NCBI GenBank assembly: GCA_030324005.1
Contig: JARDVH010000115.1
Span: forward strand, 12,097,114 to 12,161,113
Length of the DNA: 64,000 nt
Source of the DNA: Negaprion brevirostris
Lineage: Eukaryota
Direction of reading: 5' to 3'
A model generated the notes under the pieces. That model saw only the letters and a program-made list of their open reading frames with translations, searched no databases and was not told the origin of the DNA. Position 1 is the first letter of the stretch. Each line of letters starts with the position of its first letter. A program made the position numbers and the translations under genes. This document shows, in pieces, positions 1 to 12,898 of the stretch.

Positions 1-76
1 GCGGGGCAGGCTCGAAGGGCTGGATGGCCTACTCCTGCTCCTATTTCTTATGTTCTTATGTTCTTATTATGTTCTT
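1..76 (+). mobile_element. CR1 LINE 3' end
   Basis: gaagggctggatggcctactcctgctcc followed by tandem ttcttatg tail units. Confidence 0.85.
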
Positions 77-710
77 AAACTGAGCATCACTGAACAGGTT
101 ATTGAAACATAAGTGTCACTTGATAGCACTGTTGATGACACCTTCTATAACTTGATTGAGATTAGACTGATGTGGCAGTAATTATTTTTTATGAACAGGA
201 CATACCTGGGCAATTATCCACTAAGTTGAGTGGACGAAAGTGTTATGGCTGTGCTGGAGCAGCTTGGCTAGAGTTATTATCAATGTCCACAGCCTTTGCT
301 GTATGCAGTGTGTCCAGCCATTTCTGAATATCATGCGGAGTGAATCAAATTGGTTGAAATCTGGCAACTGCGATGCTGGGGACATCAGGTAGAGGTCAAG
401 CTGTATCATCCAATTGGCATTTCCGGCTGAATATGGGTGCAAAAGCTTCAGTCTTGTCTTTCACACTCAAACTTTGGGCACTCCCAGCTTTGAGGTTGGG
501 GATGTCCATGGTGTCTCCTCCTCTTCCTGTTAGTCCCTTAATAATCCACCACCATCAGATACAGTCGGACTGCAGAGCTTCCATCTGCTCCATTCGATCA
601 CACAAGTCTGTCTTTAGCATGCTTAGCATGCATATAGGCCTGTGTTACAGCTTCACCAAGTTGGCACTTGATTTTCAGGTGTGCCTGATGCTGTTTCTGG
701 CATACCCTGA
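77..710 (-). mobile_element. Decayed CR1/L2-group LINE ORF2 fragment (RT region)
   Basis: The minus strand reads NYCHISLISI..KVIEGVINSAIK*HLCFNNLFSDAQF, a decayed NYRPISL...QFGF RT motif with stops. Confidence 0.75.
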
Positions 711-949
711 TATACTGAAGGGAGCAAACAAATTTTTTTTTAATATGCTGCATAAATGCATGTATGCCAGATTTTATGGATCCAGTTTTATGGATCTATT
801 TGCTTTCTTTTTATTTTTAATGGCAGTGTGCACTATGCAGTTAATGCATGATGACTTCTGCACTAAAATGTTAATGATTGTCCAGGTACACATCCTCAAC
901 TTTCAATGTTACACCATGATGATCATATCCTCTCCCTGCCTGAGCCCTT

Positions 950-1137
950 ACCTCTGAAGTTTTCTCCCTAAATCTCTCCCCCTCCCCTCCTCTAAAGTGC
1001 TTCTTAAAATGTACCTCTTTGATTAAACTTTTGGTCATCTATTTCAAGATCTCCATTTGTGGTGTCAAATATTGTTAGATTGTACACTGAGACTTTACAA
1101 TGTTAAAGGTGCATTATAAGTTTGAATTGTTACTGTT
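950..1137 (+). mobile_element. L2-like LINE 3' end remnant
   Basis: Contains cttaaaa...cctctttgattaaacttttgg and a ttaaaggtgcattataag..ttgtt tail typical of fish L2 ends. Confidence 0.55.
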
Positions 1138-2447
1138 ATGACCATTGTAAATGTAATCAGGGTATGTTATCTGACAGCAAAACAAATCAGTGTTTAGGAT
1201 GGACCCATAATCAATCAACCTTCAGCTAGAATGATACAAATCTCTACTATCCAAAAGAATTGACAAATAGATGTTGTTTACAGGTTGAAAATTTCACCTC
1301 AGCAATTAGCCACAATCAGCCAGATTATTTCACAATTGTATTGAGAGGATTTCAGATGCAGATCTTTCTGCACTGTAGGGTTCTATGACTACAACGACTT
1401 GATGGCTTCAAGTAACAACAGGAAGATTCTGATCTGCAATCTTTCACTTCTTGTTTTTCACATCTGGCTATTTTCTGGTTCTGTTGGAGCTCTTGCAGCA
1501 GCTTAATCAAAGCAACAATTCTCCCCTGCTCCTCTGGTCAAGTATGACTCTAGCAGTTTATCATTAAAGACTTGACATTGGCCTGGCCTGGATGGGTTTT
1601 GCTCTTATTGTTGCAACATTGATCATCATGGACATGTATGTGCATAAATATGTATAAACCCCCTGACATTTCAATTCATCAATTTTAGGCAGGCAGTCTA
1701 TTACAGGCAATTGTTACCATATGCTCTATCAGTATGATTACTATGTAGGCAGTTTAATTGGGATATAGAGATGCTTTAAAAATGTTAACACGAGCTTTAG
1801 TTACCTTAATTATTTTCTGCCCAAATAATCAAATAGAGACCATCTGAAAAGTTCAGAAGAACTATTTTAAGTATTTAACTCTTTTCCCACTAATTGCAAA
1901 TGAAATTCCAAGAACACATTTGAACTATAGAAATATCATTGACAATTCTACAAATTATCTTGGGATATTTTGGGATTGGAATTGGAGTCAAGGAGTAAGT
2001 TTTCCTAGAAATAAGTTAATTTAAAGTAGCTGGGAAATCATTTTCCTCCCATTCCAGACAAATGCAATAAATTTCTAAGAGAGAAATAAACCAGGGGTGG
2101 AAATTTTTTGAGCTCTGAGACAAGGGTGAGTAATGGTTTGAGTCTCCACCTGATCAGATGAGTTGACATCCGTACGATCAGATATTAGGACTGATAAGCA
2201 TCCTTTGAACTTTATGGATGTGATTATCTGATTAAAACGTAAAATGTCACAATGTATATTTCAGTTTCTTTACTGTTTTGGTAGGATATGGTACAGTAGT
2301 GCTTATCACACTGAATTAATAACCAGCAATTGTGAAACTGGATTTAGAATGTTTGGTAATTTGTAGAATTGACACCAGTTAAAATAATCATGAAAGCCAA
2401 TCCTATTTGGCTTGACATACAACCTGACTCCTGTCCCACAATATCAG

Positions 2448-2755
2448 GTGTGGCTCCAAGGCAGCACTCCTCCCTTCTTAGTCAGAAGATTGTTTGAGTT
2501 CAAGCTTCACTCAAGAAACTTAAGAATAATCGAATGCTGTATGAAGGAAGTGCTGCACTGTTAGAGGTGCTGTCTTTGGATGAGACATTACACTAGGGTC
2601 ATATTTGTTTTGTCAGGTGGGTGAAAAAGATTCTGTATAGAGAATTCTTCCTAGTATCCTGGTCATCTACTAAAACAGGTTATCTGGTCATAATCACATT
2701 ATTGTGTGTGGGATCTTGCTGTGCATAAATTGGCTGTTGCCTTTCCTACAATTGT
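2448..2755 (+). mobile_element. Deu-domain SINE (SacSINE1/AmnSINE-like)
   Basis: tRNA-like head (gagttcaag B box), then gtgctgcactgttagaggtgctgtctttggatgagacatta and gggatcttgctgtgcataaattggctg. Confidence 0.75.
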
Positions 2756-5700
2756 GATTTTCACCCATAGAGCTTAGTGCCTTCCCTCACAAGGTCTGTC
2801 TGACACTCTGCAATTCATTGTTCCAGGGATCAAAGGCACCTGCCCTGCATTAAACCACAACACGTGAATCTCTAATTTCATCGAACATCATGCAGAAATT
2901 GTTGTCTTGCAATAACATAGGGTGTGGTTTGTTTAAAAATTAAAATACTAGAGCGCGTGCAGCTTGATATTTATTTAGGACAGGTGAGGAATGTTTCAAA
3001 ACAAGAGATGAAATGCTTTGATTTTCTTTCAAGTGGCTTCCTTCCTGATTCAGCTGGTCAATGTTTTCACTTGTGATCATTCTTTATTTCATGGAATGGT
3101 TCTAGTTGACTGTAATTATAATCCAGTCTTCAACACTGACACTAGGACAAAGCATTAGCTCAAACATGATACACCACCGAGTTTCTGGTCTTGGCTATAC
3201 TGCCACAGAGACAGTGAAATCCGCAGCAAGGCATTTATGTGTAGAAGTCAAGGAAGGAAAAAACCAATTTGACCATAGCTTGATGCTCAAAACTAGATAT
3301 TAGCTGAGGCCTGGGAGCATGTTATTCAATTCTCAGTACACTATAATAGGATTGATGTGTGGCATGCAGAGATCATTCAGGAATTGATTTTTAAATATAT
3401 TTGTTATTGTGCTGTGGCAGGACCAAATTTATTGCCCATTCCAGGACTTAGTCTGGGTAGATGAAATAAAAGACTTCCTCTTATAGATCATCTCTCATGA
3501 CATCCCAGAGCACTTTTGAAAAGTACTATAAAGTAACTGTACATGGTCATAAATGTAATGCAGGAAACATGGCAGCTAAGTAGGATAAGGCCAGGTCCCA
3601 TAAAGAGACCAGCTTAATGGTGGTGGCTGAGGGAAAAAAATAGTGACCAAGGTAAAATACACGATAAGGAATTAGAAAACAAATTTCAGGATTTGTCAAC
3701 CACAGACTGTTTTTGCCCATGTCTTAATAACTGATTGTAAAAGGGAAAGGGAGAAAGTCTTTTTAAGTGGGGAAAATCATGTTGAGATTGAAACAGCTAA
3801 TATTTGAGGGAGAAGGGTGGGCACTGTGTTGGTGCACAGCATGTCATTGAATGTTAGCATTTTATTATATCAGATTAGGCTGACAGCCCTAAATTTTTTT
3901 TTTTTTACATGAACAGTTATCATTGCAGATGCATTGAGCCTTTTAGTGCTATTTTGCACTATTCTCCCCCCCTTTTCCAATTGGTGGTGGCATGCAGCTT
4001 AACTCGTCATTGTCTCTGTATTCTTAGAGACCACACTTCAGTAGGATGTAAATCCTTGGTTTTACTTCCATCCTTAGAAAGGGAAATCTCATGTCACTCA
4101 GTATGGGCCCTGGCACTTTTTGTGCCCCTCAACCAAGTAACTGCTTTCCATTTGGTGGTCTGCTCAGGAACTCAGCTTTAAAATGCTCATGTGCACAGGC
4201 ACAAATGTTGGTCCGTGCCTACGTTCAAACTCTTGGGCCAGCGTGGGTGGGAAGCATCAGTTTTGATTATTTAAGGTCTTAAAATCCTCACCTTTTTAAA
4301 AAGGCGAAGCAGACATAAGATAATAAGTTGGTTTATTTCTTCTTTGTCTGGAACCCTGTCATTTCAATCTCTGGAGTAATAAAACCAATTGCACTGGAGC
4401 ACAAAGAAATATTTTTTGACCTAAAATAATTATTAAACACATTTTCCCAGAACATTTCAATGCAACCATGACATTTAGTCTCAAATGGAAGGAAACATTC
4501 ATACTTAATACAAAACCTTTAACCACCTGTGGCTACATCTTACCCACCCTCTTCAGTATGATTGATGCAACTATTGTGTCAGAATATAATTTAATTATAT
4601 CAACTCAATCCTACATCACAAAAACTGACAGAAAGCTCCACCAAAACCATTAATCCCATTGTTTTTAAGGAATATGAAATATCCTGACACCTTAATCAGG
4701 ATTTCCTGTTGTGCACAACCAACTGTGAGGAACAGGCAAACTTTGCTGACCTGGTCCTGGCACAGGGATTTAATACTAAAATAAAAATTAACACTTTAGC
4801 CACCTTATTGAAATTGATAGAGACAATGAGAATGGAGATAAAATAAGTGGAACCCAGTGTAAGTTACACACTAGTTCAAAGATTTTCGATGATCTACCAC
4901 AAATAGTTAAGTGTATCTGCACGATGGAAACATTTTGGGCTTCATAAGAACCTAATTAATTTTGTCAACATATTGATATTCTGATCTGAACAGTGAGAAA
5001 TCCTGATATTTCTTTATAACAAGTATTAAGCACAAATGCAATTAATATTCAGGCATCATTTAACATATTCAATGTTAGTTAAAAAAATGTAGATGATTAA
5101 ATTTAAAGTGTTTCAAATTTCTAACTTATTTAGAAAACAGTTGAACCTCTACCCCAATTTTTGATGTATGCTGCTAATTTTCTTGAAATAATGTTCTTCG
5201 AAAACTTGATTAGTATCCCCAATTTTTGCCCATGCCACTGAAGAATTCATTTATGATGTGAGAAACTTTGCTCAACCATTTGTGTTGTAACATCACAAAT
5301 CTGTTGCACAGCATTTTCCCCTAGATTAACGAAGTAAAATGGGCAGAGAGTTAGAGAAGGGGGAGCCAGTCTGAAGCCCTCAAAAGTATCAGTTAAATCC
5401 ATATGGTGCAAGCAAGAGGGGGATTTTGAGGCCTCCTGGTTGTGGGAAGGGGGAGAGTCAGTGAAAAAGGTGACTGATGACAGAGACTCTTCAGACATGC
5501 ATGCCAGAAGAATGGTTTTAAAGGCTTTCACCTCCATTCTCCATCAGAGCTTCAATTTGGTGAAGCCATTGGGATCCCCCAATGCCTAGGGAACCCAATT
5601 AACCAGAGTTAAAGATGAAAACTGATGAACATTAAGGCTGATAACCTCATTAACAGTTTTGGAGTTCACATTCTGTCTCTTTCAAGCATTTTAGTCATTC

Positions 5701-5960
5701 ATTCACCTTCCAAACTCAATTAGATTTATGGATTGGAAGTGTGTTTAGATCTGAAGTAAATTTTTCATTGTCTCAATCCTATTTCTTTGTTAAATTAAAG
5801 TTTTCCCCAAGTGTGATTTATACATCAAAAAGTGACAGGCTTATTCATCACCTTAGTGTTTTCCTATTTCTACATCTCTTATATTCTTGTAAAACAGATT
5901 CCAAAACAAAGCTGAAAGGGCAAGTCCAATACAAAAAACACAACAGTCAAAGCAGTTCAC

Positions 5961-6240
5961 ATGATTCATAGAATCCCAACAATGCAGAAGGAAGTCATTC
6001 AGCCCAGTTCAGAGAGAGTCTGCACTGACTCTCAGAAGAGCATCTTACATCCTCACCCTATTCCTGGACCACAGCTAATTCACCTAACCTACACATCTTG
6101 GACACTGATGGGCAATTTAACATGCCCAATCCATCTAACCCACACATCTTTGGACTGTGGGAAAAAACCAGAACATCTGGAGGAAACCCATGCAGATATT
6201 GGGAGAATGTGTGAACTCCACACAGACTGGAACTGGGCAT
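5961..6240 (-). mobile_element. HE1-type V-SINE
   Basis: Reverse complement of the V-domain (tctttggactgtggga...aaacccatgcaga...ggagaatgtgtgaactccacacagac) and the HE1 tail. Confidence 0.85.
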
Positions 6241-7439
6241 CAAACAATAAATGGCTCAGTAGTTCTAATTATGAAGTAGCATGACAACAGAGATGGGCTA
6301 TCATTGTACCTGAAAAGGAAGAACCATTGAATGTCACTTATGTATATGCAGTTTAATATTTTCACAGTGCAACTACTTGTCACCACGTTCAAGCATTTGG
6401 AGAACAGTTTTGCAAAATGCTGCACCACAGATAAATAGAGTAAACAGTGAAAATGATTTCAAGAAATGATTTGGAGAAGAGGTTTTGAAATATTTGCCTA
6501 TCAATAGAATGAATATTAAGTTTAAAATCCAAAAGGTTAAAGGCTCAAGGTACAATAGGGAAAAACAAAGTTCCAATTTATTTTGGAAATAGGGAAAGAA
6601 AAGGAAGTTGAGAGAAAACTGGAAAAAACAAAAAAAAAATCAGAGAAGACATTAGGGAAATTGGATAAAGACATATTGTGTACACTTGGAGGAAAAAAGT
6701 CTTCTTTAACGATGAAAGAGGCAATAATAAAGTGGCTCAATTTTAGTTATTTATTTTAAATATATTGCACCTTATGGTCTTCAGAATACTGTACAAGATC
6801 AATACAGAATGCAAACGAGATCATAGCTGCCACCAAGTTAATGACCCTTAAGCTATGGGAAAACTTCAAGGTACAAAAATTCCACCAGGTCTAGAGGGAC
6901 TTACTTTATATTTGAAACATATGCATTAGTAATGGTGCAGGGAGAGAATGCTGTAATAGAATTTTTTAAAAAAACTTCATATGTAGAGATATTCAAAAAA
7001 TGAGCTGTCATGTTTCTTCACATAATATTTATGGCTGAGGTGAAAGTTCACAGGTGAAAAGCAAATACAGCAAAATGGAAAACTCAAATCAGATTGGATC
7101 TTTAAAACAGAAGCTAATCACCAGCACTATTCTCTTTACTGCATTGATGAGTGACATAAAAGATTGCCTCAAGAGTCTCTAATGTTTGACATTGACAATG
7201 GATTTGAAAGAAAATTTTACATATAGAACATCCATAATTGTTGTTGACATCAAACAGTGTGGGAAAGTTTGAAGTCGGAGATCAAAGATGATTACAGTAA
7301 TAAAAAGGTGTACGGAAGTTCTAGTAAAGTGCTTTATTCTTTTCCAATTCCTCCTTTGGTTCTATAAACTATAGAAGTCAATAATCAGATTCAACCCTTA
7401 TAATCAATAATAATGAAATTATTTCACATTGAAAATTGT

Positions 7440-7940
7440 GGGACACATACAAACATATAAATCAGGATCAGGAGTAGGTTACTCAAGCCTGCTCCATCAT
7501 TCAATCATGACTTAACCTTTCATCCCTTTGCGCAACTTCTTCCTTAAAGATATTCAAAGACATTTCTTCAACCACCTTTCGAGGAAGAGAATTCCAATAT
7601 CTCACAACTCAGAAATTTAAACAGGCAACACCTTAATTTGAAATAGTGACCTTAATTATAGATTCTCTTACAAGAGGAAACATCCTTTCCACATCCATCC
7701 AAGTCCCCTCAGGATCAAGTCGCCTCCTACTCTTTTAAACTCCAACGGATGCGAGCCTAGCCTGTCCAACCTTTCCTCATAAAGCAACCCACCCATTTTA
7801 ATATAATAAACCTTCTCTGAACTGCTTCCAGTTCATTTACATCTTCTCTTAAATAAGGAGACCAATACTGTTCATAGTACCCCAGATGTCATCTTAACAA
7901 TGCCCTGTATAATTGAAGCTTAACCTCTCTACTTCTGCAT
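7440..7940 (-). mobile_element. CR1 LINE 3' fragment
   Basis: caggagtagg...gcctgctccatcattcaat tail followed by decayed ORF2 C-terminal sequence. Confidence 0.75.
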
Positions 7941-8149
7941 TTAATTTGTAAGCAAACCTCTATTACCTCAACAATTGTTTCAACATCCTTAGCTAATTAT
8001 GATCAGCAGCATTTAAACTTTCAAGGAGTTCTATCACCAGTTCCAAATATTGCCCCAAATTNNNNNNNNNNTGCTTAATCTTTCTCAAAGGTCTTTTAGA
8101 AGTATGCATGCAACATCTCATGAATCACAGTAATATAGTAACTGCTGTG

Positions 8150-8980
8150 GAGAATAGTAACAGAGAATAGTAACAGGAGGACATAGACTTATAAGATGGG
8201 CAGACACATAGCAGATGCAATTTTTAGCAGAAGTGTGAAGCATCATTTTGGTATGCGGGGTGAAAAGAGGCAATATGAACTAATATGGGGTAGAATTATA
8301 AAGGGGTGCAGGAACAAAGACTAAATGTGGCAGGTGTGGGATTGTGGTGTGAGTATGCATAATTCTTTGGTCGTGGGAAGGCAAGCTAAGACGGGCTTTA
8401 CTAATTGAGAAATAGAGCACAAAAGCATGGAAGAGTTATGCTAAACCTTTAAAAACATTAGTCAGTCCTCAGTTAATATACTTTGTTCCATTTTGGGCAC
8501 AACATAATATGAAGGATATCAAAAATCTCAAAAAGATTTACCAGAATGATAGCAGTGATAATGGACTTCACTGGCTGGAGAAGCTGAGGTTGTTCTCCTT
8601 AGAGTAGAGGAAGGTCAACAAGCCATTTAAGAGGTATTCAAAAATCATAAATGGTTTTGCTAGCGTAAGGAAGGAGAAATTGTTTCCAGTAGTAGAAAGG
8701 TTGGTAACTGAAGCCAAAGATTTAAGATAATTAGTTGGAGAAAGAAGCACATGTTTAAAGATATGTTTTCAGAGTTTATATGATCTAGAATGCACTGCAC
8801 AATAAAGGAGGAGAAAACAGATTTAATATTAAGCAAACAAAAATCAATAAATATTTAAGGGGGAGGGAAGGTACAAGACTACGGGAAAGAGCAGAGGAGT
8901 ACGATTCATTAGAAAAGTCAACAAAAATGCCATTACAGGTACAGCAGGCCTAATGACATTCTTCTGTGCTATTATTTTGC
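8150..8980 (+). mobile_element. CR1 LINE 3' fragment, decayed
   Basis: Contains tgggcagacacatagcagatgca, ctggagaagctgaggttgttctccttagag and a CR1-type 3' tail. Confidence 0.75.
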
Positions 8981-10619
8981 AATATCTTTAGAAAAGTCAA
9001 ATAGGAAGAAAAGGGGAAGACTTCACCTTCTCAATCTGTATAGCTTCCTGTTTACCAGGTTATTATATCCCAAATACTCCACACTGTTAATCCCGAAAAT
9101 CAGTTTGTTTAATTTATCCAATACTGTAGTATAAGTTGATCTATACTCGTCTGGGTATTAAAAAAACAAAAGAAATAAGAGCAGGAATCCACAATTTCTC
9201 AGGCCTGCTCCGCCATTAGGTCATCAGATTAAAGCTCATCTAACTCATCTCCACTTTCCTGGTCTATTTTTTTTAGTAATGGAAATTTTATTATTCTCCA
9301 TCTTGAATAGATTCAGTGATTGACATCCAAAGCTCTCTGGGATGGAGAAGCCTTCATATCTGGCATCACAATGGCATTGAAATTCACATACCACATTACT
9401 CATTTGTGCAATGGGCAGAATGTCTTTTTGCTTGACAGCAGCATCCCGTTAGTGGGAAAATACCGCTCATGTTGCTGCTGCATAGTAGCAGTGTGAAATG
9501 GCTTGCTTCACCTATTGCTCAATTTTTTTTAAAGCCATTTTACCCTCATTTCTTTAAATTTCCAACCAATGCTATTTTATCCTTCCTATGCCAGCCCTTA
9601 TTCCATACTAATCCTATTACTTTCACCCTTCATCGTATCCCTTCTGCCCTATGCCAGGCCAATTCCCCATTCTACACGTGACACATAGTCCTTCCTATAC
9701 TAGCACCTATTCCCCCAACCTCCCATGCCTTTATTCTCAATCACTGGCCTCACTTCTATGTTGTTGTCCCCTCCTCACATCTCCCATAGTCCATTGTGAG
9801 AAGAACTGGCACCAATAAATGCCATACCTCAGGAAATCAGAAAATATCTATTTGGAAAGTATGAAATATATTTGTTAAAGATAGCAAGGGGAAATTATAG
9901 AGCAACAGTTGTAATACTCAAAATCTCAGCAAGATAGCTTGTGGAGTGCAATTATTTAGGGGTGAATAGATTAGAACTTTAGACTAATACCTTGGAATTT
10001 TTGCTTGACAATCCTTAGTTCAGAAAACACTTTGGTAGCTTAAAACTTGAGGCTAATGTGATCAGGAGTCGGGCAGTGCAAGTTGTACACACCCTTTTCC
10101 AAGAATTGACTGCTGCTTCTGGAGGGAAAGAGTGGAACTTTTGAAGAAACTTTTAAGCATTTTGCAATCACCTGGCCATTCTTATTTATCCTTACAGCGA
10201 CATTGTTCACCAATTTGGCAGTAAGTAGCTTGAAGGATTGAAGTTGATGGGTCACATTGAGAAAGTGGTTGAGTATTCAAATTCCAGAGGTTATTGACTT
10301 AAGGCAATGAGTAAAAGAACCAACAATAACATGAGGAAAAACTATTGTAATGTATGAGTGATTGGAACCTGTAATGTTTTGTTTGGTACACTCAATCATG
10401 TCTTTCAATAGGGAATTAGACAATTACCTGAAAAAAAATTGCAGTGCTTTTGGGAAAGCGTAGTGGAGTGAGCCTACTTGAATTGCTGGCAAAATTACCA
10501 AGTTTCTAAGAGATCATCTTCATCAGAAGTAGGCACAGCAACAAAAAAAATCATAAGACAGCACCAATGAAGAGTCATGATCTTCTACAAGCAGAAGATC
10601 AATAACTGTTGATGAAATA

Positions 10620-11220
10620 TAAAAACATAATAGCATAAGCTCATAAGAAATGGAAGCTAGGTGGACTATTTGGCCTTTTGTGTGTTCTGCTGCTCAACAA
10701 GCTCATAGTTGGTCTTCCATCTAAACTCCACTTTCCCATATCCTTTGATAATACCCAGAATTGTCTGTCTTGACTATATCAACAATTGAGCATCTACAGC
10801 TCTCTGGAGGAGAGAATTCCAAAAATTCACAACTCTTTTAGTGAAACAATGTCTTAACTCAGTCATAAATGGCTGACCTCTTACTCTGAGAATATGTCCC
10901 ATTTTCTAGATGCCCCGACAGCAGAAACATCTCAGCATCTCAAGAATTTTACATGTTTCAATTAGATCACTTCTCATTCTTCCAAATTCCAGTGAATGTA
11001 GGCCTGCCCTACTCAATCTCAAAAGGACAACCCATGATCTTATGAACTAGTCAAGTGAATCTGCATTGTACATCCTCTAGGGAAGCTGCACAGAGTATTC
11101 CAGGTGTGGCCTCATCAATTGTAACGAGACTACTTTATGGCAATCGCTTTGAAACAAAAATTAACATAATTTGCCTTCTGATTTGTTTGCTGTACCAGCA
11201 TATTAACTTATGGGGATTTT
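10620..11220 (-). mobile_element. CR1 LINE 3' fragment, decayed
   Basis: Contains cataagaaat...tttggcc, gagaattccaaaaattcacaactc and gtattccaggtgtggcctca, the reverse of the VRPHLEY motif. Confidence 0.7.
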
Positions 11221-12859
11221 TAGATGATAACACTACAAGCCTTCTGAATACAATCCCTATTTTGAAAGCCAGTCAAAAGTTATGAATTACCAATTAGGGA
11301 TAGAATCATAGAATCTTATATACGGCTCATTGTACCTATTCAAGCTCTTTCAAAGAGTTATCCAGTCAGTTCCCTCACACTTTCCCCTGCAAATGTTATC
11401 TTTAAAGTATTTACTCATTCCATTATAAAGGTTAGTATTAAATCTGCTATTGCCACACTTTTAAGTAGTGCAATTCAAATCATAACAATCTTGATCACCA
11501 TGAAACAATTTATATGTGCACACCTCTTCTTCTAGTATCCTAAAAGCTAGATCTTAATGAGTTTGATTCAATTACATGGCAGTAGTTTTTTTAAACTACG
11601 TTCTTTTATAGCCCTTACCCTTTGCTGATGTTCATTAAAGTCTAACTGCCAGCTTTGTCCAAAAAGCAGGATGTTGTCATTGACATATCTGAATTAATCA
11701 TGAAGTTTGTATATATTTGAAAATCACATGCGGAGTGCTTCTGAAGCTTGTTACCCGGGAGACAAAACAAACCTTACAATGTATGTAATAAAGTAGGATG
11801 TGATGCTTTTTAAAAAAATCTTTTGTGCCTGATTTTTAAAAGGGAAGCTAGCTGACCAGTACAGAACTGAGTTGCTTTACATTTGCCACAAGATCCCCAA
11901 TGAACATCTGCCTGCAGGCAAGGCAAAAGAACTTGCAAAGGACAGCTTCACTACCCTAATATAAATGACCAAGTCCAGTGGTGCATAACAGGCTTGTTAA
12001 TCACTCATTACTTCATCCAAATGCTTCTGACAGAAGCCAACTTCCCCTCCATGGTATGTGAAAGTTTATGTGAGTCCTTGCTGCTTTTTATTTTTGACAC
12101 CTCACGATTCAAGTGTGGATTTCAGGCATGAACTTGAGGAAGCACTTGGTTTCTTAGAAGCAGAGGAATTCAGAACCATGAAACAGAAATATCTGGGAAC
12201 ACGTCTGACATGTTACATGCTTCACATGATGCTCGTTCTCCTTGCATTGGTATGCTGAGAAGATTGATAATTACATGTTATTCACAGAGCAGAGATAGAG
12301 GTTATGAAGTGTAAAAGAACAGGAGGATATTAGTTACATAGGTTTCATGGTCCAGGAATTATTTTAATGATGGGCGTTACTGTTATACTAAATAAATATT
12401 TATGGAATCAAAACGTAACTTGGTTTTGAAGCAGATTCACATCTATTTTCTTTTCTCTTTTACTCAAACTAGAGTGACAATCTCCTATAATGTTGATCAT
12501 TATGGTCCAACATGCAGGGCAAACTTGCCGTATTTGAAAGCTAATCTACTCTGGCCTTATAAAGGACATAGCTTACATATCCTTGACGGGGATGTGATAT
12601 CAATAAGTTGCAAGCTTAATTACTGTCATCAAAAACATCTATATCTCTACAAATTGTTTGACACTATTCCTGGTTATTCCAAAAGGGGGGAAAAACCCAG
12701 AAGATACCTGCTCTCTTTATAAAATGCCAACAAATCACACCCGAACAATATGCGACACCTGGAGTATAATGGAGGCTGTCAGAACTTTTATGTAAATAGA
12801 TATGTTTAATATTTTCTTGTTACATAGTTGAATTCCTAAAAATATTCCAAAAATTAAAA

Positions 12860-12898
12860 AATAAATGACCACACCACATTTGTTCAGCCACTTTTAAT
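12860..12898 (-). terminator. Probable AREL1 polyadenylation signal (ATTAAA at 12893-12898) with downstream GU/U-rich element
   Basis: The minus strand reads ATTAAA...TGTGGTGTGGTC ATTTATTTTTT, and the sequence just upstream is U-rich like a 3' UTR end. Inference only. Confidence 0.45.

Noticed and set aside
373-957. 194-aa plus-strand ORF
   Set aside because: Mostly antisense to a decayed LINE fragment, with no recognisable domain.
4036-4136. Possible plus-strand exon (ttcttag|...CAA|gtaact; DHTSVGCKSLVLL...)
   Set aside because: The peptide is unrecognisable and cannot be linked to other exons; such splice-like signals occur by chance.
5898-5971. Plus-strand acceptor after a long pyrimidine tract
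   Set aside because: All frames close within 25 codons, the sequence runs into an HE1 SINE, and there is no good donor.
8149-8176. Short tandem duplication gagaatagtaaca x2
   Set aside because: A trivial slippage duplication inside a decayed CR1.
10495-10532. Minus-strand CTGATGA...GAAA hammerhead-like motif
   Set aside because: Stem I and the cleavage site cannot be formed convincingly; it is a decayed repeat or a chance match.
1-12000. LTBP2 5' exon expected from mammalian synteny
   Set aside because: No CpG island or recognisable LTBP2 coding sequence was seen.
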